The notes under the pieces are model-generated. The model saw only the letters and a program-made list of their open reading frames with translations, was not told the origin of the DNA and did not search any database. The translations under genes and the position numbers were made by a program. Below are positions 36,552 through 48,714 of a DNA stretch of 64,000 nt, one piece after another. The stretch covers positions 1-64,000 of the forward strand of contig JAUCBJ010007028.1 in NCBI GenBank assembly GCA_032718475.1. Direction: 5' to 3'. How positions within the stretch are numbered: position 1 is the first letter of the stretch; every line of letters starts with the position of its first letter. This DNA is from Nemertoderma westbladi (Eukaryota > Animalia > Xenacoelomorpha).

Positions 36552-38660
36552 ATGGCCCAAGAAAGCTTTACGCGTCAGATGGCTATAACAGAAGCCCGCC
36601 AAGCGGTCAAAGTGGTAGAGATTGTCAAATTCAATGGAGATGAGATGAAATGGTTACCTTTTAATGAATATTATAAAGATAACATACAGAACTCTGTACT
36701 ATCTAACAGAGAGAAACTAAGATTCCTCATCGAATGTTTGGAAGGACCTCCCAAGTTAATGGCGTTAAAGTTTATTGGACATCCAGATGGATTAAGACAA
36801 GTTTGGGATAAATTAAACATCAGGTATGGTAATAGGAATAACATAGCTAAGTATTTGTATGCAAAATTGGTAGCCCCCCGAAAGTTCGTTAGTAGCGGGA
36901 TTATAGAGTTTTTCAATGAGATTCAGGAGGTCTGTAGACAATTGGATTGGCTAGGTAAGTCTCATGAATATGAGAGTTCCATGGTTATTGGAGCCGTAGC
37001 CTCTACTTTACCAAAGGGTGGAGTAGGTACACGCTGGGACAAGAAAGTGTTGTATATGATGGAGCAGCAACGACAAGACCCTACCATGGCTGATATCATG
37101 TCCTTCTTGGATGGAGAAGTAAAATTACAACTCATAAAGCAGTCCAGAGAGAAAACACCGGAAAATAAGGTAAGTGAGAAACCCGTTGCTAGGAGAAAAG
37201 TAACCTCAGTGTGTTATACTGACAATGGCAAAAGCCAAGCTTCTCAAGAAGAGGACAGCGGAAAAGACACTGAAAGATCTTACTATGTTAACAAAACACC
37301 AAAAGACATAAGTAAATACAAGTCTCGAACCAATGATAGGAGAGAACAGGTTGCCAAGACTCCTCCTCAGTCTCCTAACAGAATTCACGGAAGAAAGTCC
37401 GATGGAAGAACGAGAGTGCATAACGTTATCAAAGGTAAAGTGAGTAACATCAAACCAAAATGTGCGCTGTGCGACGGGCCCCACCGTTTGAGTGCGTGTG
37501 CTGAGTTCCTAAAGAAATCCCTGGTAGATAGACGTGAAGTCATGTGGGATAAGCGGTTATGTTATAATTGCCTCAGACAAGGACACCAACGGAGAACCTG
37601 TTACTCCGACATAAGGTGTGCAAAGTGTGGTGCGAAACATCACATCTTGTTACACAGTGAATTCGAACGAAACAGCCCGAGTCAGGTAAGTGAGCCCGAA
37701 TTACATGTCCCATTCAGTGATGTGAATGACACTGACCAAAGTTCTGAGATGGAAGGATTCTATACGGACAAATTCTCCGATGCAAACAAATCTTGTTACC
37801 TAATAAATACCGCAGTGTATCGAGCACTTACGTATGAAAAGGAAACCGACAGTGAGTCCCCCCTAACTACTCTTGATCGACAACCATCTTGGAAAGCACC
37901 AACTTCCAACGTAGGAATCCGAGAATTTCCCGTAGTACAAGTGAGAGTCCACGGTCCTGACAAAAGTTATATAGTGAACGCCCTCCTTGACTCCGGCAGC
38001 ACAGGAACATTCATCAACCAAGAACTAGCCAAAGACATCTTTGCTGGACAACCCAAATTCCGAACTAAGTTAAACATGTCAGGAATTATGCAGGTTTGGA
38101 AATCTACAATAATTGCAGATTATTATGTAGGTGCGTTGTCCACCCCCCAGGATAAATTAGGAGAACAAAGTATAAGGTCAGTAAAAATGGTGGCGATAAA
38201 GAACTTCGCTACTAGCCCAGTAGAACCTTATAACTGGGATGAGGATGAGTGCACCCAGCAGCTTAAGATACCTCGATTCCAAACAGACTATCCTGGAGTG
38301 CAAATACTCATCGGCCAAAACGCGCATGAAGCGCTAGAGACATTGGAGAAACGGCCTGCTCAACCACAGTCACTACAAACCTATGCGGTAAGAACTAGAG
38401 TAGGTTGGTACTTTACTGGCCCTTCCCGTAGAACTCTCCTGGAAAGGTTACCCAAAGAACTGGTCTACCAAGTAAAGGAATGGGACGTGGAGAGCAGTGA
38501 GGTGGACGATCTAACTGAGGGAACACCATACTCCTCAGATAATGACGATATCTACCAACTCCTTGACGAAGAGAATGCAATCGACCTACTTATGGAAAAC
38601 AAAACTTGGCAAAAACCAAGTGAACCTATGTCAACTCGTTCGCCCATCAGGACATATTAA
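36552..38660 (+). CDS. BEL-2 gag (DUF1759-like, three Zn knuckles) and aspartic protease
   Basis: KFNGDEMKW...EKLRFL; CALCDGPHRLSAC, CYNCLRQGHQRRTC, CAKCGAKHHILLH; ALLDSGS. A frameshift near 38620 separates it from pol. Confidence 0.9.
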   Translation: MAQESFTRQMAITEARQAVKVVEIVKFNGDEMKWLPFNEYYKDNIQNSVLSNREKLRFLIECLEGPPKLMALKFIGHPDGLRQVWDKLNIRYGNRNNIAKYLYAKLVAPRKFVSSGIIEFFNEIQEVCRQLDWLGKSHEYESSMVIGAVASTLPKGGVGTRWDKKVLYMMEQQRQDPTMADIMSFLDGEVKLQLIKQSREKTPENKVSEKPVARRKVTSVCYTDNGKSQASQEEDSGKDTERSYYVNKTPKDISKYKSRTNDRREQVAKTPPQSPNRIHGRKSDGRTRVHNVIKGKVSNIKPKCALCDGPHRLSACAEFLKKSLVDRREVMWDKRLCYNCLRQGHQRRTCYSDIRCAKCGAKHHILLHSEFERNSPSQVSEPELHVPFSDVNDTDQSSEMEGFYTDKFSDANKSCYLINTAVYRALTYEKETDSESPLTTLDRQPSWKAPTSNVGIREFPVVQVRVHGPDKSYIVNALLDSGSTGTFINQELAKDIFAGQPKFRTKLNMSGIMQVWKSTIIADYYVGALSTPQDKLGEQSIRSVKMVAIKNFATSPVEPYNWDEDECTQQLKIPRFQTDYPGVQILIGQNAHEALETLEKRPAQPQSLQTYAVRTRVGWYFTGPSRRTLLERLPKELVYQVKEWDVESSEVDDLTEGTPYSSDNDDIYQLLDEENAIDLLMENKTWQKPSEPMSTRSPIRTY

Positions 38661-38904
38661 CTACAACGACGAACTGAATGATGTGATAGATCGCTACAAT
38701 GCGAGGACTCGGGACGAACTCGCCGTATGATTCTTTACTCAAGAGGCTGTAGAGCCCAATTCCTACGATAAGGCCCTATCGGTAGAAGAAGAAAGAGCCA
38801 AGCAGATCCAGGAGACAACTACACGTTTTCTAAAAGATCAAGGTAGATATGAAATCGGCCTACCATTTCGAAAACGAGAACCTAGATTTATAAACAACCG
38901 ACCC

Positions 38905-41181
38905 TTGGCGGAGAAAAGAATCGCTCAATTACATCGACTCCTTATGGCAAATGCTTCAGCTAAAAAAATGTACCAAACTCAGTTGAAGAAATTTATTAAC
39001 AAAGGATATGCGGAGCGAGTACTGGAAGATACACCCATAACTAAGAGAACGTACTATCTAACACATCATTACGTTCCCAAACCCGGTAAACCTCATAAAG
39101 TACGAGTCGTATTTGATGGCTCCGCCCTATACATGGGCCAATCCCTCAATTCCGAGTTGTTACCAGGACCCAACTTACTCCAACCCTTGTTGGGAATACT
39201 TTTAAGATTAAGACAATATTCCATCGCGTTCGCCTCCGATATAGAAGGAATGTTCTTACAAGTCAAGGCGCTGGATAGGGATAGAGACAGCCTAAGATTT
39301 CTGTGGTGGCCTGAAGGAGATCTCAACCAGAAACCGGTGGAGTACTGGATGACCATACAGGCTTTTGGGATCATCTCAAGCCCTTCAAACGCCTGCTCAG
39401 TGGTGCGGACCACTGCTGATGACAACTGGCACGCCTTCTCTAAAGAGGTGATTGACAACATCAAACGGGATATATACATGGACGACAATTTAAATTCCCT
39501 TCCATCAGTAGAAGAAGCCATTGATGTCGCCAAAGGAACGGTAGAGTGCTTGAAAAGAGGTGGATTTCAATTGACTAAATTCACCAGCAACTCCCGTGAG
39601 TTTCTGGAATCAATACCGGTAGAAGACCGAGGAGCGAAAGACCTAGACCTAATAAAAGACGATCTTCCAGAAACCAAGACGCTTGGCTTGAAGTGGGACA
39701 CGAAGAGAAATATCCTGTTTTTTCAGCTAAAACAGCGAGATAATCCAGTTTGGACCAAACGGATTTGTTTAAGTATCCTGAGCACTTATTTCGATCCATT
39801 GGGATTTATCAGCCCAGTTATATTGATTGCTCGGAGTTTAGTACAACAAATGTGGCTCGAAAACCACTCATGGGACGATCCACTTAAGGGAGAACTATTA
39901 AAGAGGTGGATGAAATGGGAAGATTCTCTACCAGCCATCGAGAACTTTATAATTTCCCATTCATATTTTGGTCATGTTCTCCCTACGTATTCCTATCAAC
40001 TCCATGTGTTTGGAGACGCCAGCGATATGGGAATAGGTATAGTAGCATACTTGCGAGTCGAAACTCCTGATGGAATCAAAGTCGCCTTGGTTACCTCTAA
40101 GGCATTGATTAACAACAAGTTGAAGGTTCCTCGGGCGGAGTTAAAAGCGGCTCTTTACGCTACAGCCATCGGCCGGAATGTAACAGAACAGATCGACTAT
40201 CCACTGGAGAAAACTGTTTATTGGACCGACGCTTTACTCGTGTTGGAGTATATAACAAATGAATTCTGTCAGTTTAGCGTCTTTGTTACCAACAGAGTAG
40301 CCATTATTCTTAGCCGCACAAAGATAGATCAATGGAGACATTGCCCTGGTACGATTAATCCAGCCGACATCGCCTCCAGGGGAGCAACTCCACAGGAACT
40401 GATAGATACTCCAGATTGGTTGGGTGGACCCGACTTCCTGAGCAAGGAAGACGATGAATGGCCTCCTCACCTTACTACGGCGGAGATTAGACAAGCCAAG
40501 GGAGCGGAGAAAGTCAAACCTAAAACCCGGGCAAGTAAATTGAAGTTATTTAAACCGGTGATAGATCTGTCGGTACTACACACTTCCGGAGACAACGCTT
40601 TGGATCCACAATCCCACGCCACAAATAAGTCTGTTGTGGAAATCAGAGATAGAGATTGGAAATCTGGAACACCAGACGTCTCGCAAGAACTCTCACCCCT
40701 GCTGCAGAGAGCAATACATCACTATAGTTCCTGGAATCGGCTCTGCAAGGCCGTCACATATTTAAAGCGATGTTTTCATCATCACTACTCCAGGACGAAG
40801 ACCACTAGTGATACCGCTCCATTGACATCTGCACAAGTTCATGTTGTTAAAGATCTTCCCAAATATAAGATATCCGACCGGTTTCTAAAGGAGAAGATCA
40901 GTTACCAGGAGCATGAAGAAACCAATAAGCAGATACTGAGACTCCTGCAATGTTATGAAGATTCCGATAAGTATTTCCTGTTGTTGAGAAATCCACAGAT
41001 GCGCTTAAGGGATCGTTTCTCTAGCACAATGATAGATGGGTTAATACGTGTTGGAGGAAGACTCACTAATGCTCCATTATCCTTTGACACTAAATTTCCC
41101 ATCCTCATTAGAAATATTGAAATACAAATCAAGATGATTGTAGATGTTCACAGTAAACTTTACCACGCTGGTAGAGAATGA
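38905..41181 (+). CDS. BEL-2 reverse transcriptase and Pao RNase H/peptidase A17 (ends at a premature TGA)
   Basis: KVRVVFDGSA, SDIEGMFLQV, YMDD, FDPLG, HVFGDAS, NPADIASRG. Confidence 0.92.
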   Translation: MAEKRIAQLHRLLMANASAKKMYQTQLKKFINKGYAERVLEDTPITKRTYYLTHHYVPKPGKPHKVRVVFDGSALYMGQSLNSELLPGPNLLQPLLGILLRLRQYSIAFASDIEGMFLQVKALDRDRDSLRFLWWPEGDLNQKPVEYWMTIQAFGIISSPSNACSVVRTTADDNWHAFSKEVIDNIKRDIYMDDNLNSLPSVEEAIDVAKGTVECLKRGGFQLTKFTSNSREFLESIPVEDRGAKDLDLIKDDLPETKTLGLKWDTKRNILFFQLKQRDNPVWTKRICLSILSTYFDPLGFISPVILIARSLVQQMWLENHSWDDPLKGELLKRWMKWEDSLPAIENFIISHSYFGHVLPTYSYQLHVFGDASDMGIGIVAYLRVETPDGIKVALVTSKALINNKLKVPRAELKAALYATAIGRNVTEQIDYPLEKTVYWTDALLVLEYITNEFCQFSVFVTNRVAIILSRTKIDQWRHCPGTINPADIASRGATPQELIDTPDWLGGPDFLSKEDDEWPPHLTTAEIRQAKGAEKVKPKTRASKLKLFKPVIDLSVLHTSGDNALDPQSHATNKSVVEIRDRDWKSGTPDVSQELSPLLQRAIHHYSSWNRLCKAVTYLKRCFHHHYSRTKTTSDTAPLTSAQVHVVKDLPKYKISDRFLKEKISYQEHEETNKQILRLLQCYEDSDKYFLLLRNPQMRLRDRFSSTMIDGLIRVGGRLTNAPLSFDTKFPILIRNIEIQIKMIVDVHSKLYHAGRE

Positions 41182-42360
41182 GTTCTTAGCGAAATCCAAA
41201 CTCGCTATTATTTTTATAAACCCCGTAGAGCTCTGAACCAAGTTCTTAGGAACTGCATACCCTGTAGGAAAGCATTCAGTAGGCCTTTAACACAGCGAGA
41301 GGCAGAATTACCTAGGGAACGAGTAAGCTTCTATGAACCACCCTTTACTAATACCGGTGTGGATTTATTTGGCCCTATTGAAGTATATCGTGCTAGAACT
41401 ATAGTCAAGAGATGGTGTGTCATCTTTGTCTGCATGACTTGTAGAGCTATCCATCTCGATATGGTGAACGATCTATCTACCAACAGCTTCGTATTAAGTT
41501 TATGCCGACAGATCGCTCGCTTCGGAACTAGCAACACGATGAGATCGGATAAGGGAACAAACTTCATTGGTGCCAACAACGAAATTCAGGCTTACGTAAA
41601 GGATTGGAACCAAAGACAGGTGGACGATCAGCTAAGGATAACAGCGTCTAGCTGGACCTTCAATGCCGCCAACGCCCCTTGGTGGGGAGGAAGTCGGGAG
41701 AGATTAATTAGAAGTGTAAAGACTGCATTTCACTTTATAGTGCCGTGCCGCGCGTATCTCACCGACAAACTTTTGCGGACGTTAATGGAGGAAATCGCCG
41801 CCTATCTCAACGAGAGACCGCTTATGCCAGTCTCATCGAGTCCCGATTCCCTGGAAGCGCTAACACCCATGCACTTCCTACCGAAGAAACCTGTAGCCAT
41901 GCTCCCACGATCAGAGATCACAGACGGAGACGAATACTGCCGTCAAACTTGGCAACTTATGCAGTTGCTATCCCGTTGTTTTGCTGACCATTTCGAAAAA
42001 CATTATCTGCCCACGCTACAACTTCGAACTAAGTGGTTTGCGCAGCAAGAAAACGTCAGCGCCGGAGACATGGTGCTTATTGTGGATTCAGACCTTCCAC
42101 GTAAGCGGTGGCAGACAGGTCGTATCATCGAGACTCACATCTCGGATGATGGTTTGGTGCGCTCGGTAGAACTCGTCGTCATGCGGCGTAACTTTAAGAA
42201 ACCGGGAATAATCTTCGAGACGCAACAGCTCAACCGCCCAGTTGGTTGTTTATGTTTACTAAAAAGAGACCAAGAACTCTCCGGAAACTATGGAAGGCAA
42301 GATACTCTTCCCACGACCACCTCCCTAATTCCTCAAACATCTAGGGGCTCCCCAACGTGA
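41182..42360 (+). CDS. BEL-2 integrase (in frame with pol after one TGA)
   Basis: CIPC, PFTNTGVDLFGP, SDKGTNF, GGSRERL, LNERPL, YLPTLQLRTKW, DGLVRSV. Confidence 0.9.
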   Translation, partial: VLSEIQTRYYFYKPRRALNQVLRNCIPCRKAFSRPLTQREAELPRERVSFYEPPFTNTGVDLFGPIEVYRARTIVKRWCVIFVCMTCRAIHLDMVNDLSTNSFVLSLCRQIARFGTSNTMRSDKGTNFIGANNEIQAYVKDWNQRQVDDQLRITASSWTFNAANAPWWGGSRERLIRSVKTAFHFIVPCRAYLTDKLLRTLMEEIAAYLNERPLMPVSSSPDSLEALTPMHFLPKKPVAMLPRSEITDGDEYCRQTWQLMQLLSRCFADHFEKHYLPTLQLRTKWFAQQENVSAGDMVLIVDSDLPRKRWQTGRIIETHISDDGLVRSVELVVMRRNFKKPGIIFETQQLNRPVGCLCLLKRDQELSGNYGRQDTLPTTTSLIPQTSRGSPT

Positions 42361-42526
42361 TAGCGTATGGAGTGGGTGTGTGACTATATTATTTTATCTA
42401 TTTTATTATTTTATATATATCTCTATGTATGTATTATTATGTACTTTTATTATAATTGTTTTATTTAATTTTATTTAGTAGAATGTTATTTTAGAGATTA
42501 TTTAGTAGATTAGTGCAATATATTAA

Positions 42527-43374
42527 CCCTATTCCACCTGGGGTTGGGCAGAATCTGCCCAACACTTTTTATTTTTAGAAATTCATGATGATGATTTTTA
42601 TGTATTATTATGAAATTTATTGACTTTTCCTAGAATTTAATTGGCTTTCTGATGGTAACAAAATATTTTTTTCATCATTTATACTTTTTGTGCTATGTTG
42701 TGTTTTTCATATCATAGTCACATTTTTTTATTATAATATATTTATTAGCCTAACTGGTAGAAAAGATAATCCCTGGTTGGATAGTTCCCCTGGTCAACAA
42801 GCTAGAATACAACCAATTACGGTCCAGGACATTCACTTGGCTGGGTTGTAAAGTTAAATTCAAACACGAGATTGTCTACTGCTTGGATTAGTACACATCA
42901 ATCACATTATTTTTTAATAACAAAATACTAAACTGACAGATAAGCAAGCAATAAGTCTACTAGGATAAAACAACAACCACCATTGAAACCAGTATATTCC
43001 TAATGTAATACAGCAGACATAAACAGAGGTGAATAAATCTATTCAATAACAGCACCCCTGCAAGCAAAATTTTCACTTGGGATGACTGGCAGAGTTAGGC
43101 AGACAGTGGTGTTGGGAGGAGTATGTATAGTATTATCTCATCTTTTTACTATAATGGGTTATCTTCATGATAATTAATTTATATGGATATATTATTTAAA
43201 ATTATGAATATATAAAACTCAGAACAGATGCATTATATATTTTTCTATAAACCTGCGAAAATTTGGAAAGTTTTGATAAAATTATCATTACTTTTTAGTG
43301 TATAATAAACTGTTGGGCATATTATGCCCAACCCCAGGTGGAATCTCGGACAAAAGAGCCCAGGTGGAATAGGG
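42527..43374. mobile_element. piggyBac-type non-autonomous element (848 bp)
   Basis: TTAA TSD at 42523-42526 and 43375-43378; perfect 16-bp TIR CCCTATTCCACCTGGG; subterminal inverted repeats. Confidence 0.92.
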
Positions 43375-44680
43375 TTAATGTTTATTACTTAATTACATAT
43401 CTATTATATATTTAGTGTGACGACGAGAAATAATTCTTTTATCTTTCCTTACTGTCCGTATTATATTATAAATGCGAGACTACAGTAAGATGACATGTCC
43501 GTACTTATTAAAGTACAATAAAGCTCCTACTATATTTAAGTATTATTGGTAGGCAGAGTATTAGGAATGCAAAGTTCAGATCCTCGTGTCTCGGCTAAAC
43601 CAAGCTCTGGGTAGACCTTGGAAACGACTTGCCTCTTCACACTGACATTGCTTCGTGCGATATTGCTCTTCTACCTTATATTAAATAATACATATAGTAG
43701 CGTGATGTCCCTTTAACAGTAGCGTAAAACGCAAAATAAACCTGTTAAACCTTTGACCATCTGTAATTCTAGTTGATTAAGATATCGCGGTACCCACCGA
43801 TATACTTGAAAGACAATAATTTAGAATCAGTGGTTAACGTCCCCAGACAAGTTCTGGAATAAAATTGTGTTTATTCTAACATCAAATAATAAAACTTACG
43901 GGAATAAATTTAAATTCATATTTTAATGAATTCAATAAATTGTCATTTTATGCAATTTATAACATTCCCAAAATTCCATTAATTAATAGATCACGAGAGC
44001 GGGGATTTACCCTATTGAGTGTATTAGAGTACGAGAATCTCCAATATATAGTCAATAGCCGACAAAATTCATAAAATCATGTATAAAGAGGATATTGACA
44101 ATCAAAGAATTACTATTAAATAGCATCCCAGATCTGTATGCATTGAGAATTACCCTAATTCTACCGCTAGCTTCCCATAATGTCACCATAGCAACACCCA
44201 TGCTAGAATTAGAAGCAAGTTAAAAAGAACAATAGAAAGCTTGCCCCATTGCATAACATAGGGAATACATAGCACACTGGTAGTATCCAAGGATACATAA
44301 TAATAACGTGGCATTCTGGAAGGCACTGACTAACGGACAAATGGCCTGTATGTGTACAATTGATGACAGTTGTGTGGAATTTGGGCGTTTATAGGTGAAT
44401 GTTACTACTAAAGTGTGTTTACAGTAGCGAGTCGCAATTGTGAAAGTAGCCCTAACTCTACCGAAAGAACCTGAAGTGAATCTAAGCCTTTGGGATGGTC
44501 AGTGGAGTGACTTGTGCCGGTTATCGTTGTCGTGGTGTAACTACACGTTGGCGAAAACACCGCGACGACGGTACATCGGTGCTGAGAATCCCACTGTCCG
44601 GGGGCAGAGAGGGGTAGGCAGCGACGCCCGCTCGCCTAAATATAAACTCATTATAATATTAATAAACTCAGATAGCAGAT

Positions 44681-47600
44681 ATGACGGTGTTGATAGAAGA
44701 TGATCTTGGTATCAGGGAGCGATATACTCTACCTTTACAAGCATTTGTGGATAGCTTGATACGCGGTGAAGCTGATCCAACTACTATGGAGGACGATGGT
44801 CGTTATATCGAACCGCCGATGTCCCAGGAGCAACTTACGCATGAATTGGACTATAGAAAATTCACCGCTCGCTATACGCATCGTAAAGGTATGTATATGG
44901 ACTTCTTAACTACTGGCCATCCTATCAATTTATACGATACGGATGATGTAGACACCGAAAGGGAAATGGTTTTATTTAAATATCATACCCAGCGGAGTCG
45001 TAACGATAAACCGAGAATAGAACACGAGAATTCTATTCGTGATCGACTGGAAAGAGAAAACGTTGAAGAACCGGATAAACGCATCGACTTCCACGATTAT
45101 CTGGAATTCTTGAGAGAAACCTATCTCAATATTGCTAGTCAACACAATCTAGAAACTCGATATCCTCATGGTATACATCATGAGCCTATGGTAGAACTCA
45201 AACGGCTCTATTTCACTATGATGTATCTTACCGCCGATCGTCCACTACCTGTTGTCCCGGATAGCTTCGAACAGATGGAGGAATATTGTAAAACTGGAGA
45301 ACAATCACCCGCGTTTCCTCTACAGGATGTGCGTCTTTGGTATTATTGTGACAAATGCCCTAGACCCAACCAACAAACGGAAAGACATAAACATCCGCGG
45401 AGACATTGCGCTAAACACAGTTTTACACGTTATACTTACGGGAGTTTTGAGCGAAATCTGTTTGAAGTATCACCTACGATCGCTCGTCTCAAACGATCAC
45501 TAAATAAACCCCTGATCAGAGTTCCGGAATACTCGGTCAGGCCTCCTCATTCCCCAGTGAGACCTCAAACTCTTGATCCTAACAATATCAGTGATCCTCC
45601 CGAACTATATTCACTGTTCAAAGATTTAGTGTTACAGATTAAGATTTAGGGAGTTGTGTGGCGGTGCAATTTTGTTGACAAGCTGGCACAGCATTCTTAA
45701 AAATGCAGCTGCAATGCAGCATGCCGATCCTAGTAGTAGTTACTCGGACAATTAATCAGTGGCACTCCGGTAGTGGGTTTGTTAGATATTCGCCCATCCT
45801 ACTTAGCCGGATTGGGACGCGGGCATCTACGAGAGAGAAGAAGCCGCTTTAGCCCAACCCGAAGCTCAAATCCTTATGACGGATCTCTACTCTAAAACCG
45901 TCCGTCATCCCTCAATGGTTCCCCATTTTGGAGACAAACTCTTCGCGACGATATAACCCCAACCGGTTGATATCAACATAAGATCACAAAATCTTATCGC
46001 TGACGCTCCTATGTTACAGCGTCCGCCAATCAAGGCTGCTCGTGTTGACGATATACTCATTGAACCTCCGGACAATCGAGCGGATCTTGTCCGTCGTATG
46101 GTGCACGATGTCAACATACGCGCTAGACCTTTACCGAACTCATTTTATGGGATTAAAGACCACCCTTATTACGTTAATCTGACTCAATATTATATGGTAA
46201 AACCTGAAGACCCGACGCATAATTTAAAGTTTCTACCGCTAATAAATCCTCTCGACATTGTCGAACTCGAACAATTGCAGAAACATCTGGATCAGTTAGT
46301 AAAAGTAAACTCATTCAGAAAACCATATAACGTTTCTAGAATAGAGAAGGATACAAAACCTTCTTATAATCTCGATGGATTTATTAAAACTCGATTAGTC
46401 CATTGGAATCTAGACGTATTATTCGAAGAAGAGAAAATACAAAGATATGGAAATGTGGAGACGTATCCCACTCAGTACCTGAAGTATAGTGATCTCCCTG
46501 ACGCTAGCCAATGCGCCACCTTGTGGCATCCAGTCGGGATGACCCTAGAGAACGCCACCAAAGAGTGGAATGAAACTCTTAATGTCATTGAGATGTATGG
46601 AGTTGTCACCTACGATAACGAAGGTAGCGTTCCGGTCGGAGAATTAGGAACTACGCGCATGATACATATACGAGGATTAGCTGGTTCTACCCACGTGTTT
46701 ACTCGAGCGTGTTCCGACGTGATTGATTATTCTTTTGAGACTCTCACCGAAACACAAAAGAATCTCCGACATGGACAATTCGAACTTGCGCAGCGTTATG
46801 TCATTGACACTGAGCGCAAACCGGCCATGGGTATCGATGGATCGATGTTACCCCAGCCCGTGCTCGAGATGTTGTTCAACGAAAGAATCCTTAAAATTGG
46901 CTCAGCTGTTTATGGAGATCTCCAAAACGACTTTCGGAATATGGAAAATATCCCATATCCTCGTGGATACTCAGCTGATTGCTCCCTGGGCAGAAGGCCG
47001 AGGTTTCTTCCGCACCATGTATGCTAATACGTCCAGCAACATCACAAAAGTACAACGAACTTCCATCGAACATCTTGCCTTTCATTAATACGGATGGAAT
47101 TTCAAAGTCGGAAATCCTATCAACTATCAACAAGTATATGGAGACCATTATTCTCGATTATACTTTGACGGACCATTGACCGCACCTGGCGCCGTGTATA
47201 GCTTCATGAGTGTTCCACTCCGTCCCTCCTTAGCTATATACACGATCTTTGAAAACACCGCACTTTCCGGTTGGCTAGCCGATGTGTGCAGTCGTACTAT
47301 ACGCGCCCATCCATTAATACTTGAGACCAAACTCGCTAAGCTAGATGAACATAATAAATTCATCCGCTTCAAATGTTTCAGGCGTTTTTTAACCCCGTTC
47401 CGTAACGTAGATAGCAAATTCAAAGACCGCGCTTTGACCAAGCTCAGCCTAAGAAACTCAGCTGCAGAGAAGTTAGATAGCGCTGGATTTGCAATTTTTA
47501 AAGATATTTGTATACAGAACTTACACTCCTCTGTTATACAAAGACCTCGAATCCCCACAGGTTATTCTGTCGTGGAAATTCAGACAGTGGGTTCACTTGA

Positions 47601-48714
47601 GGAGACAGCCACACCTACCTCAGCTATGCACTTGGAAGACGAACCAATATGCTTAGAATCCGAGGAGATACAGCCTACTGCGCCCCGGAGCAGCGACAAT
47701 GACTACATCTTAGAATGGTATCAAGGTCCACAGTGTCTCACCGCATACAATTATTGGCATGCCAACTATGTTTCTCGACAACGTTGTCGGTTATGCGCAT
47801 CGAGAGACCATATTATGCCCATGGACACAAACGTACCCTGCTCTTATTTCCACGAACAACCGGCGATGGAAATCTATTGTGCATATTGCAGACTCAATAA
47901 CTTGCACATTTTTGCAGTCTGCCCCCAATTTATGACTCAATGCCACCATTGTCAACTAAAAGGACACGCCAGTTTTGATTGCCCTTTTAATCACGATTTA
48001 GAAAGCGTAGATGAAATGATTACACTACGTTACATTCGAGCTTGGGAAGCGAATGCTGATTTACATTGTGATTCACGCCATCGCTATTACCCTGGACGCG
48101 CTTACGAAGGAGTTTATGTGTTCCATCCTTATCTATTTGCGTCTGTCAAACAGAAATCACGCATACCGAGTTACGAACTAATGAAGCGCGTCGGAGAATG
48201 TATTTCAACCAAATTTGTACGCAAATTTCTTAGGAGCGTTAATCCCAACGATATTAATTCCTATAATTTGATCAATTTTATCCGTCAAGATCCGGAATAT
48301 GGCGATTTATTTATCAACTCGCATCTAGAGTTACAGGAAGTATATCGACGGCCTTACGAATACCGAGCCCGAGAGCGCAAGTTGGAAAGAACCATTTAAC
48401 CAAGGAAGTTTCTCACTGCCTATGGTCCGCCCACGGCTCTCGTTCAGACCACTCGTAGGGGACCCGTAAGAGCTGCTGTCCTGAAACGCGCTCTAAAGGC
48501 CGTTAGACCGCTCTCCCCCAAAGTTGACGTCGACCAACCAGGCACTTTGACTGGCAGATACACCGACCATAATCCTACACCTTCTGATGCAATCATATTG
48601 CACCCTTCACCCAGGAGTTATAGCCCTCCTCGTAAAGTGGCTCACCCCAAAGAGAAAAAGACTCTTGCTAGCTTTAAAAAACTGCGTAAATGCCGTCCAC
48701 GCAAGAAAGACTAA
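44681..48714 (+). pseudogene. Accessory ORF of BEL-2: N-terminal CxxC/CxxH domain, DEDDy 3'-5' exonuclease-like domain, Zn knuckles and basic tail (disrupted)
   Basis: ExoI-like GVVTYDNEG, then LPQPVLEMLFNERILKIGSAVYGD (ExoII). After a +1 frameshift come VDTQL and SIEHLAFH*YGWNFK, then ExoIII-like PLRPSLAIYTIFE. Knuckles CRLC..H..C, CAYC..H..C and CHHCQLKGHASFDC follow. Confidence 0.7.
45647..45740 (+). mobile_element. 5'-truncated 3' end of the same RTE family as 25127-28050
   Basis: agggagttgtg...gcacagcattcttaaaaatgcagctgcaatgcagc.tgccgatcctagtagtagt matches the reverse complement of 25127-25220. Confidence 0.92.

Noticed and set aside
42368-42400. GGAGTGGG + TGTG as PPT and 3' LTR start of BEL-2
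   Set aside because: The purine tract is poor and is followed by low-complexity AT sequence with no recognisable LTR end. Not fully excluded, because the 5' LTR is missing.
44681-48714. Accessory ORF as an envelope gene
   Set aside because: No signal peptide or transmembrane segment is evident; the motifs are nuclease- and zinc-knuckle-like.
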